Translations under genes and position numbers: made by a program | Assembly: GCA_048128005.1 (NCBI GenBank) | Contig: JBEUKZ010000008.1 | Span: 434,001 to 498,000 of the forward strand | DNA: 64,000 nucleotides | Reading direction: 5' to 3' | Origin: Veleropilina oligotropha | Lineage: Eukaryota | Notes under the pieces: model-generated | Told to the model about the DNA's origin: nothing | The model's input: the letters and a program-made list of their open reading frames with translations, nothing else | Databases searched by the model: none | Shown here: piece after piece, positions 53,406 to 64,000 of the stretch | How positions within the stretch are numbered: position 1 is the first letter of the stretch | Layout of the letters: each line of letters starts with the position of its first letter

Positions 53406-53894
53406 CTGTGATAAATGATTAATCGAGTGTGCATAACTCGGTAGGACAAAGCATATGGCGTATACATTTATTATGCGCACGTTTCTGTCATGATAAGACT
53501 CTTGGCCTTTGAAGAATACAAATCAGTTTGATAATTCACATTCTAGATCTTACGTATTCAGTTTGAAAACAAATTTAATTTTTCCGATGTCAATTGTACG
53601 TCAAATTTGCGATTTTGTATGAAGTGAAAACTTGAAATTATTTTCAAGCTTCAAGCAATGTTACCCATAAATGTACGCTAAAGTTGAGGATTCAAACCTA
53701 CACCTAGTGTTAAATACAGATCAATCGCCGATCGACACTTGTCTTTACATGGAATCAATCATGATGGAAATCAAGTAAGTACAAAATTTAAATCCTCACA
53801 TAAAAATCGATCATGAATCTTGACTGTAAGTTGAATCTTGATAATAGAAAATTTCATCAAAGCTAAGATTTCATCAATGAGAGTGCCAGCTTAC

Positions 53895-54024
53895 CTTTCT
53901 GCGGAATATCGAGAACGAGGTGACCATTGCACTCTGGACTGCGATGAATCAGTTCGTCACACGTCATGCACAAGGGAAGTAACTCATTCTGATTAGGTTC
54001 TGTGCAGCTCGGATGATGGCACAT
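53895..54024 (-). CDS. PLEKHG5: PLEKHG5-like RhoGEF exon, Cys/His N-terminal motif (MCHHPSCTEPNQNELLPLCMTCDELIHRSPECNGHLVLDIPQK)
   Basis: Acceptor ttcgttacag| and donor |gtaagc; 130 nt, begins with ATG, ends phase 1. The CHHxxC...LCxxCD..H...GH..D.P pattern matches the PLEKHG5 N-terminus as I recall it. Confidence 0.88.
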
Positions 54025-54554
54025 CTGTAACGAAATAGAAATTTAAGTGCATACGTGTAAACATGGTCTACAGCAATCAATAACATCATACATCTTGAAG
54101 TTGGACGTAGTTTATGAACGACATTCTGTTATCATCCCTGTGGTACGATCTGCTACAATAAGATTCCCTATGTGACTGCTGCATTTATTTGCAATAAAAG
54201 AATAAAATAAAAACATTGTAAAACAAAAACAATGTTGTCCAAAAATAACACTATCAAAATCCTTCAGCTCAAAATTCCAGGAAATGTATCCCCTGTGTCT
54301 ACTCTTGCGGTGGCCTTCTTGATTCAGAAAATGACAAAAATCAAATTGGATTATAATAATTATTGTTGAATGAATTCCTCCTACAAGAAATCGGCGACAG
54401 GGAAACCATTATAAGTATCCCCCACATATTATATGCAGATATACTAATACTGGATAAAACACTGCCACCCTGAGCGATATCAGTCATAAAACCTCGAGCG
54501 AGAGGCATTATGTGAGTATCACCGAGGGATGTCCGTGTATTTTCTTTGGGTCTC

Positions 54555-55310
54555 CATGAAAAGAGTTGGCAGCAACTCTATATTATGTCATGGTTGCCAC
54601 CACTGGATACACCAGAGGTACAATAACATTGGTGGTAGGTTGAAGAAAAACAACCAGTTCAAATGCAATTGATGCAGGGGTACGGCTCGTCCAATCAAGG
54701 TTGCCATTTTTAGTATCTTGAGGTCGATAGTGAAAATCTAGAGGTGGCACACACATTCTGCTACCTAGGGGAAACAGTTTGTGCAGGAGTTGAATGCGAA
54801 GCTAGCACCATGGTACGGCAAAAGATGATTGGGAAAAGTTCAGGGAGTTACTCCCAATCTTAATGTGTCGTTCTATTTGCCTTCTCACCCATAGGAAAGT
54901 TTTTAGTGCTTGTGTGCGCAGTGCTATATATGCTGCATGCTAGTGTTGGCAATTGAAGAAGGATCAGTCCAGGCTGGAGAGAACGGACCGAGCTATGCTC
55001 AGATGAATGTGTGGAATGAAGGTTACTGCCCATGTCAGCATCGTTGTAAGAGTGCTTCGGAATTTGCACGGATGATGTTGCCTTATGCCATAATCGCCTA
55101 AGATGTTAGGCCAGAGAAGCAGTGAATGGATCAGTAAGTGTACCATGCTTATTGTGAAAGATAGATCTGGGAGGGGTATACCTCGAAAGACATAACGTGA
55201 AATATTTACAAATGATATGGGAGAGTGGACTTTAACTGAAGTCCTACCCTATGATCGATGTGTGTGGCATACGAGTCGCGAGCAGTTGCTAAACTGCCCA
55301 ATCCCCATGT
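54555..55310 (+). pseudogene. Decayed RTE-like LINE ORF 3' fragment
   Basis: RVGSNSILCHGCHHWIHQR...GRLK...FKC and LEVAHTFCYLG resemble the zinc-finger insertion and YLG motif of RTE-type reverse transcriptases; stops and frameshifts present. Confidence 0.7.
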
Positions 55311-56632
55311 TGGGGAAAGAAGACATTACCGGTACATCAGATATGAAAAAGCAGAATCGCATGTAAATCTGTAAATTGCAAGTTGTAATCCCTTACCCAC
55401 GAAACAGTGTCAAACGGCCAACTGCTAAACGCGACCCGAGTTATTCCTATTGTTTGGGCAATTTTGGGGTATAGATAACTTAATAAATAATACACTGATA
55501 CCCCTCATGCGCAATAGACATACCACGCCACGCTGATGCCCAGCTCAAATTGTTCTGTGTGATATATGCTCGCCTCGCAGCGAGCGTATTATCTATTATA
55601 TAATTCAACACAATCATTGGATTATTTTCAATATTTGAAATGTTCTTACAGGGACATGAAGTAAACAATACCATATACAGAACATCAGTTATAAAATAAA
55701 TAAACAATTCTTAGCTAGATCATTAGTGTCATGCGAGAGCCGATGTAATGCATAATCTTGGAAACTAGATAGGTGCATCTGCCTATTCAGAAAAATAATT
55801 GGATACTGATATAATCAGTTCAGATTTGCATTAGTGAATATTCTACATTAAGTGCATTAAAAGTGTCAACATGGATGACATCAGTTCACACGATCATGTT
55901 ACACTGCGGACACAACCATGTGTGTATGCCGTTGCATAAATTTAACCAGTTATGACCTTGTCTATTATTTAAGGTTATGTTTAGCAAAAATTTCATTGAA
56001 TCTTCTCGACAATGACTCAATGTTGACATACAGACGGCATTGTTCAATTCGCATTATTCAAAATGTGTATAATATAAAGTAACTGAAAATAAAGCCACGA
56101 CATTGTGCGACCATGTTTCTATTAACCTCTTTATTGACCAAAGGTCATTCTGTGTTGATTTTATACCAGTTTAAATCTGATCCCATATAATACAGGACAA
56201 TAGCAGAAGAAAGTAACTGTCCCAAGAGTTTCCATGTTAAAATAGTCTCTTTGTCAGGGGTACTTTCTCTCTTTTCTCTGTAACATTGATCCATGAAAGC
56301 AAACGAAATAAAAGACAACAATAACAGACGGTACTTAACAAAAGTGATTGGACAATCAAACAGGATACTAGAAACTTACATTAATGCAAACATTGAAGAT
56401 AACATATTGAAACATAAGAATGTTCCCAATAACAGCTGGTAAATTTAACTTGCAAAAAAGTGTAATTTACTTCTGTAAGCAAAGGGACAATTACAATATG
56501 GAGAAATTTCAAAATCAACAAAATTTGATTTAAATCATTAATTGTTTTTGTGTTTTGGTGTTATTATTCCATTGTAACATCTTTTCTCATATTTTCGTTG
56601 GCAAAAAGCCTACATATTCCATTGAAACTCAC

Positions 56633-56763
56633 CTGCTTCTACTAATTATGGACGACTGTGACCGTTAACGCCACAAATACCGAGCAGAGAAATCAAAAGT
56701 CAATCCAGTGAAGCAGAGCAGTCAAGCAGTTTAAGTAGGAGCCATGCTTTTATACACTTGACC
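56633..56763 (-). other. Candidate non-coding 5' UTR exon upstream of the ATG exon at 54024
   Basis: attgtag| acceptor and strong cag|gtgagt donor; stop codons in the phase-0 frame. Confidence 0.35.
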
Positions 56764-57057
56764 CTACAATCGTTAGCATGCATAGGTTTTGTATAATTTG
56801 CGTTCAAAATTAATGCATGAAAAAGTTATTTAAGAATGCTCGGTCACTCGTGACAAAAATACTTATGTATCACCAGCAAATCCAAGATGGTGGCCACAGT
56901 GGCCATCTTTAGGGTCGGCCTACACCCGAAATCTAGACATTTCACGCTCTCACCCCAACCAATGTACATACCAAAATTGAAAATATTCTGTTAAGAAATT
57001 ACCTACAGGTATAGAGCGATCACGTGGAATCTCTCAGCGGATGGGGCATAACGTACG

Positions 57058-57838
57058 CAGGCATGTGAACCTTTTGAAATCAAAAATTAGGGACATCTCA
57101 GATCAAAATTAGTGAATTGGACCCAAAATTAGGGACCATTTTTATCGACCCATTTCGCGACATAATTTTCCATGTTTCTTCATACATAATGAAAAATCAA
57201 CATTGTATTGGTTGCAAATATTTAATAAACAAGCAAATAAAAACAGTTCAGTATAAAAATGTATAATATTGTGATGTAGAGCACTTTATGGTATGATTGT
57301 TCATAATGTTCATGTCTTTGAAGTTACGGAAGTAGCCGATGTCGTGACGCAATTAGTGAGATAAATTATACTTCATTAAATTTCATTAAAATGAACATTG
57401 GAAATAAAATGCTTATCCTAAAGAAACTACAATGTTATCACTGTTACTAGTCTTTCATTGAACCAAATTCCTAATTAATTACCACGAGCCTCTCCCGGAA
57501 AACAAATTAACAATGGCGGCTTGGAGTGTCGATTTTTGCAACTCGCGACATAACAGCGGGATATAAGCGATAAACCTGACGCGGAAACTTGAGCTGTTAA
57601 CACGTACGTGTTGCACTGGGGTACGTGACCGTTAGTGGTGATCAATCATTGAGAGTCAATTAATGAGGAAATAAAATTATTTGCTCAGAAATGCACTGTT
57701 TTCATGCTAAGAAATATTTATTTCTAAAAATATCGGAATTCGTGATATTTTTATACGTTTTCGTGAATTCGGGAAACGTCAATTTTGGACCCCTGAATTC
57801 GTGACAATCACGAAAATTCGTGACAGTTCACATGCCTG
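57058..57838. mobile_element. Non-autonomous DNA transposon inserted into a HINE-like remnant (about 56855-57883)
   Basis: TIR caggcatgtgaac / gttcacatgcctg; flanks cgtacg / catacg (6-bp TSD with one transition). Confidence 0.8.
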
Positions 57839-59590
57839 CATACGATAAACCATATTATCCCCCGAAAGTTATTGGGGGATACAAATATTGCCTCATTTCA
57901 CATCACGGATGATAATTTGATACATCTACATTATCGTGGATAGAATGCCTGAAATATCTGGTGTCACTCACCTGCCTCTCTAGGTGTTAAAGATAACTGT
58001 AACCGATACATCTGTATCTTTGACTGACAGTCGAAAACACACTGTTGAAACGTAATATGCCATACAAAAGGAGACAAACATTCACAATAAACCTTCAGTT
58101 GCTGAAATATTATTTCCATATACAAAGAGCTATCCAGAACAATCTCAATCAATATTTCAGGTATCTGTAAATTGCATGGCATGAAAACATAACGCGCCTT
58201 GCATTATAATAATTATACTTATGAATTAATCATTAACATTATGTTAACGCCACTATACAATAACTCAATTACAATGTAGGTGTTATTTTATTGATGAATG
58301 TAAAAGATACTATATAATTGCCAATTATTCGAGAATAAATCAAATATGTAGTGGCGATGTATAGTGTGTTTAGAACTGCAACAGCTGTCCTGGCTTAGTG
58401 GAAGCGTGCATGCCTCTGGTTACATGTTCAAACCCCAGTTGAGGAGAATACTCTAGGGCAAGGAATAAGAATTTATTTCCCTCGGTTCACCCAGTCGTGT
58501 GGGTACCTGGTTGGCAGTGATAGAAATTGTCACAGTGTGATATTCATTGGCCCAATGGCCGCTTAAATGAAACTCTCTCAGACAGAGTTGAATTGATATC
58601 AAGAGTAGATCAGGACGCCAACCAGGGAAGATAATTTTGTCGTGTGTGTTGTTGCATACCACATGAAATAAGACTATACTAGAGTTATCACAGGAGTGAT
58701 CATATTCCATCACAAATGCGCTTGTCACCGTCACCCAGGAACAGACTGTCGCAGTGACTTTTTGTACCCGACACACCTTAGCGTTATGATGCATACACAC
58801 ATCAAGTTTCATGTCCCTCGATCCAATAGTATGGGAGATATGGAGTGGAAGGGAATTTTTGACCAAATGCGGTCAAGCGAAAAATATAAGTCGCAGTGAC
58901 CTACTTTCGGTACGCGACATACTTTGGGTTATGAAGCATTCACACATTAAGTTTCGTGTCCCTTGGTTCAATATTATTGGAGATATGGAGGGAATTTTGG
59001 ACTAAATGCGGTCAAGCGTGAAAAGTAGGTCGCGGTGACCTACATGTGGTATGCGACACACTTTTGGATTATGACACATCCACACATTAAGTTTCGTGTC
59101 CTCAGTCAAATAGTATGGGAGATATGGAGCACACATATCAATTTTCGTGTCCCTAGGGGGAATAGTACCGTTGATATGAAGCAGAAGGGAATTTGCAACA
59201 GGCCGACCGACTTCCTTTTTTGGGGACATAAAAACCTTTGGACCATTTTATGATTATTAAGGTGTGAATTCATCAGACTTTGGTACATTATGGCCTGCTG
59301 TTAAGATTGTGCCATTGTCATGGATGCAGAGACGAATGGATCAAGAGGCATATTACATTGGGAAATGCAGAACATCGACAACCTGAGGCTTGTTCTGATG
59401 TCAACATCAAAGCAGGAACTGTCTGACTGTGAACACAAACAACCTTGTTCTGATGAACGTCACTATCTATGGAGGTAACATGGGAACAAAGACAACCTTA
59501 TGAAATAAATTGTTCTTGGTTTCAAGAATCGCTTAGATAATAAATATTAAATATAGATTTACTTACTTTGAAACAAAAAATTGCGAAAGG

Positions 59591-59636
59591 ATTACGACGT
59601 TTCGGTCCGTCTCCTGCGGACCTTCGTCACGTAATG
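59591..59636 (-). ncRNA. Minimal type I hammerhead motif in the inverted pLTR (core GUGACGA)
   Basis: Reverse complement reads cattac-GUGACGA-a-ggtccg(caggaga)cggacc-GAAA-CGUC-gtaat. Confidence 0.6.
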
Positions 59637-60043
59637 ACGGTTTATGGCGTAGCGCTCTACGTGGCAGGAGAATCGATGTGTAGACAGCCGGGAGGTGTAA
59701 AAATGGAAAAGCAGTGTAACACCATCTATCACATTACGTGTGACGCAGACGACCAACACACCTACATCGGCGAAACGAAACGTCCCCTAAAGCAACGGTT
59801 CATGGAACATTGTAAAATCAACTGACCCACATGTGTACGGGACCATTGTCTAGAGACTGGAACTCAGTATCCATAAAGAACATCAGGATACATGCACTAA
59901 CACGAGAAGAAGACTGGTTCAGCCGCATAGTGAAAGGAGCCATTTACATCAGGCAACAGAAACCCACCATGAACTGGGACCTGGGCTACCACCTCCCAGC
60001 CACATCGATTCTCCTCCACGTAGAGCGCTACGTCATAAACCGT

Positions 60044-60090
60044 CATTACGTGACTAAGGTCCGCAGTAGACGGACCGAAACGTCGTAATG
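60044..60090 (+). ncRNA. Minimal type I hammerhead motif (core GUGACUA)
   Basis: cattac/gtaatg stem I, ggtccg/cggacc stem II, GAAA-CGUC. Confidence 0.68.
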
Positions 60091-61516
60091 GTTTCGCAAT
60101 TTTTTGTTTCAAAGTAAGTAAATCTATATTTACTATTTATTATCTAAAGACAACATTGTTCTGGTATCAAAGTTTAGGAAGATGTGAACAGGGACAACAT
60201 TGTTCTGATGTCAACATCAAATCAGGAGCTGTGAACAAGGACACTATCTTGTTCTGATGTCAACATCTAAGCAGGAGATGCGACCAGTGACATTATCTTG
60301 TTCTGATGTCAACATCTAGGCAGGAGCTGTGAACAGGAAAGCATATGTTCTGATGTCAACATATATGGAGAAGCCGGAGCGGTGCAGGCATCGATTGGGA
60401 AATGGGTTGAAGGAAACTGCAGGAAACATTGAAAGATATGCTTAGTGATGATGGCAACACACTGGTGTCAGAGTCTGGTATTGTTACTTGAGAAGCATCA
60501 AACTCGCTGCAGGAATGACATATGCAGGAAACAAGAGTCATTGGTGTGACTGACTACCCAAAGGTGTGTAAAAGAGGTCTGGAGTTCATGAAGATGACGC
60601 CCTTACAATACCCAAAGCACCACTGCTGCTGATGATATTGGGTCATGTGGGCTGATATAATGGCATGAAATAGGAATGACAGAGATGAGGATTATATCAG
60701 AGACAGATGACAATAACAAGATGGTTAGGTGTGGAGGTCGGTGAATGAAAACCATGGTCAGGCAGAGATGGATCGGTCGAACAGAAGTATGCCTCAGCTT
60801 CACAAAGTTAGGTGTGACGGGACACACTATAGGAAGAGCAATAAAGATCTTGAGATTACTGGTATAGCTGCCCAAAGGGCAGCCCAGGAAAGATCTATTG
60901 GAAAAATTGCCATGTATAATAACAACAATGGTGCGACCAAAGGTGTCTGGACACCTCACCAAATGACAGACAAGAAAAATAGTCTGAAGCCAGTTTTGCA
61001 GTCCCGTTTTCCCGTCAGACATATTGTAGCTTACCTGTTAAATCAAACCAATTGATATTTCTCCACTATCGAGACACATTTCTCAGCTGCTACACTTCAC
61101 ACAGTCTTATTACCTTGTTATTCGTCATTGGATGCATATCAGATTGAACCCATAAATAACTACCATATGGATATAAGAACAGACAGTAAACGGTATGTTT
61201 GCTTAGCTTTGTGGTTCGAGTATATTTAAGTAATTCAACAATTGTCGCTTATTGCCTTTATGAAGATTTCGCATTAAAATGTGAAACATTCTGGATTGAC
61301 GCCATGGTTGGTTTGGTTTATTATTATTATGTGTGTATGAACTAATATCAAACACATGCTTTTATTATATTGAATGTAACAAAATTGATACCATCAAAGG
61401 AATGTTCTGATTGACCTCAATATAAATTTTGATGCCATGAAAGGCATATAACAGATCATTGGTAATTTACATTCAGGCATTATTCATATCCGCTATGTTC
61501 ACAGGATTTGATAAAA

Positions 61517-61884
61517 TAAGGACAAAAAAAATTGTTTGGTTCCTGTTACATGTTCATAAAAATTAGGGCATGTTCATAAAAATTAGGGCAGGTAGGTAGG
61601 TAAATATTTTTATTTTTTGAAATATTTTCATATAAAAATATCGATTTTTCCCAAGATTAAGCAACCAACAGAAGTAAAATCCATGTCATATTTATGGTAA
61701 TATGCAGCCATTAATCCTATTTAATAGACATGTCACACATCACATAACCTTCCAGAGAGAAAATAGGATGGTCAGGGGCGAGATGGATTATTTAAAAAAA
61801 TAAATCACTGATCAAATGTTTAGGGTAGAGAAGAACATTTAGGTAGGGTCGGGTAACAGGAGCCAAGACATTTTTTTGGCCTTA
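61517..61884. mobile_element. MITE
   Basis: Imperfect TIR of about 33 bp: taaggacaaaaaaaattgtttggttcctgttac / gtaacaggagccaagacatttttttggcctta. Confidence 0.78.
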
Positions 61885-63583
61885 TATTGTCACAAAGTGG
61901 GTGAGTGGTGTTTCATTCGGTTAAGAGTGCTTGGCTCAAAGACTTGGTAGAGATAACTGTTACAGTGGTCCATAACAGGCCAATGCAGGCGGATTAAATT
62001 TCCATGGCAACAGGTCCTGGTATGATGTAAAAGAGTGTCAAATAAGATACTACTTTAGTACCGATTTAATTCACTCACATGACTTTTTACACAAAAGACA
62101 TTGTTATAAATAATGTCTTATTGTCTTAAGTAGTAAATGTTTTTAGAGTAATAATGGTAGTCTCTGAGCAACATTTTTTAATATATATATAATACATAAC
62201 AAAGGACAGTCAGAATTTCATTTTGGCGCGGTAAGTGCTGGAAGGTTGTGGGTGTTCATGTGGTATATTTCGGTCGAGAACTTATCAGAAGCCGGTAAAT
62301 ACTGCTCCATTAGTGATGTTTGCAAGAGGTATTACACCGTTGTGTCTAAATGGCCGTGCTAACAAACGGTGACATACTGGTCAAAGCAGATGGCACCCCA
62401 CATTATTAAATTATTATTTCATGAGCCAATAGCACTTGGTGTGCCCATAATTGTATAAAGAGTAGATTACACACAAAGCAAGGCACAGACACTTGTTCCT
62501 TCAACAGCTATTGTACTGTTCGTCTCGCTCGCAATTGTGAGATGTGCACAGGCTCTCCATTTTTCTTTTTTAACTTTATTGGCTGTTTCACAACTATCAC
62601 AACATCAAAGGAACATTAAGAATGAGGGATTTACACTGTAAAGAGGTGAAAAATGAGAGTTCTCCCGAGTAGAGACGCTATTGTCGTGTAAGGCGATAGG
62701 ACTATTTAAATGAAAAATATTGAATGTTAACTATTATGATACTCAGACTGCCTGTGTGTTCCTGTACATACATGTATATTATTAAACACGGATTGTTGTA
62801 ATATAATATTAAACATTTCTAAAGCGTATTCATTGCTGTTTCTGCATTTCGAGAGACTTTCAATAGCATATTAATTTCACTTTATTCATGTACACTTGAC
62901 AGAACTTGACTGAAAATTATCTATTTACAATATTCATAATCAATGTACTATTAACGCAAATACGAAGGCGAAAATCACAAAAATGAACTGCTAAAGAAAG
63001 TATGCTCATGCATGCGTGCAGGCTCCTATTGGTGCACTTAATCAGCCAATGAAAATGTGTTATTTCCCATTGAATCACTCACTGTCATCACTATGTATAT
63101 GATATTTAAAAAAAAGCCGATTTGCATGTTTTTAGGATATCTTATTGCATGGTCTTGGATCTTGATTGAATACACTGTCACCATGTTAACTCGCGCTATA
63201 TCTCTATTTCACAAGAGCTATAAAGCTCAAAATGGCTCGCATGCGTGGAACTGCGCATCACTTATATTTCCTGAGTATTGTGTCTACATTCAATAGTAGA
63301 TGACATTATCAATTTGAAATAGACATATAAAGCATATATAAAAAGTTGCATAAAGCGCAAAATTTTCTAATATTGGACTATTTATATGCAAAATTTCAAT
63401 TAACATTAATTTCAATATTTATACTCTTGGGTTAGATGACAATGAAATAGTGATATCTGACAACGGAAGATGCCAAAGTATGCCTATTGTTGCATATATA
63501 GCATGCTTGAGAAACTTTAACTTTAAAGTCCGAAAGCAGCATTTTATAGTAAAATTTGATTTAACGTAAACTTATCACAGAAA

Positions 63584-64000
63584 TGAGGTTTTAAGGTAAA
63601 CCTAATATTAGTTAAAACATACTTACGTCCTTACTCTTGCCATAATAGTCATATTATCGCTAACCGGAAACAGTGAATAAAGTCACATTTATGCACTAAT
63701 TAAGTCAAAATATACCACGATCACCTCCCCTGCTTCCCCTCTCTAAGTTCCTCCAGCGAGATCTCGCCAAGTCTCGCGAGACATCCGGGCTATCAAGTCA
63801 CCAGACATCAATTCAAAGTTCAGAACCCCAAAGGAACTTAGCAGAGGGGAGGAATGCGAAGCAGGGTGGGTAATCGTGGTAAGGACGTAAGTATGTTTTA
63901 ACTAATATTAGGTTTACCTTAAAACCTCACATGTAGTTACAAACTTACTTACGTCCTTACTCTTGCCAGAATAACCTTGGATAGGTGGGTAAGAAGTTCC
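63584..64000. mobile_element. DIRS-like (tyrosine recombinase retrotransposon) non-autonomous element or terminus
   Basis: Perfect 51-bp inverted repeat 63584-63634 / 63879-63929; inner imperfect inverted repeat about 63713-63752 / 63832-63881; 22-bp direct repeat tacttacgtccttactcttgcc at 63620 and 63946. This matches the interlocking ITR/ICR layout. Confidence 0.65.

Larger units (their letters stand above)
59533..60147 (+). mobile_element. 5'-truncated Penelope-like element: decayed GIY-YIG endonuclease with an inverted copy of its 3' end
   Basis: CNTIYHITC...HTYIGETKRPLKQRFMEH...REEDWFSRIVKGAIYIRQQKPTMN, with a stop and frameshift; 59533-59697 is the reverse complement of 59990-60147. 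Confidence 0.9.
59290..60930 (+). pseudogene. Highly decayed RTE-like LINE fragment, interrupted by the Penelope element and by expanded repeats of about 50 bp
   Basis: NIDNLRLVLMSTSKQEL resembles the region around the RT catalytic motif; AAQRAAQER resembles RTE C-termini; ttgttctgatgtcaacatc repeats on both sides of the PLE. Confidence 0.5.

Noticed and set aside
60603..61055. 139-aa and 108-aa ORFs as host genes
   Set aside because: They overlap a decayed LINE-like fragment and have no coherent splice structure or recognisable domain.

Overview
AT-rich, repeat-dense animal genomic DNA. The repeat families resemble those of molluscs or other lophotrochozoans (inference); nothing looks prokaryotic. 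The backbone is the 5' half of one large minus-strand, intron-rich gene that I recognise as a PLEKHG5-like RhoGEF. Nine phase-compatible coding exons between 54024 and 16606 encode a Cys/His N-terminal motif, an RRHNTD basic segment and a Ras-binding-like (RBD) domain. Several ATG-plus-donor exons look like alternative first exons. No DH/PH exons were found, so they probably lie left of the window. The introns hold non-autonomous mobile DNA: Helentron-associated (HINE-like) modular elements, tRNA-derived SINEs, MITEs with 5-bp, 9-10-bp and TA target duplications, decayed RTE-like LINEs, two Penelope-like fragments with variant-core hammerhead ribozymes, a DIRS-like end, Crypton-like elements and a 39-bp minisatellite. 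The most unusual signal is a set of sequence-unrelated long terminal hairpins on the Crypton-like elements. They share a YATAG terminus, tandem GA/GA mismatches in a CGAG context and stable DNA mini-loops on one strand only, which suggests a folded single-stranded DNA substrate. All homology calls are from memory of the families; no searches were run. Most ORFs in the supplied track are spurious.
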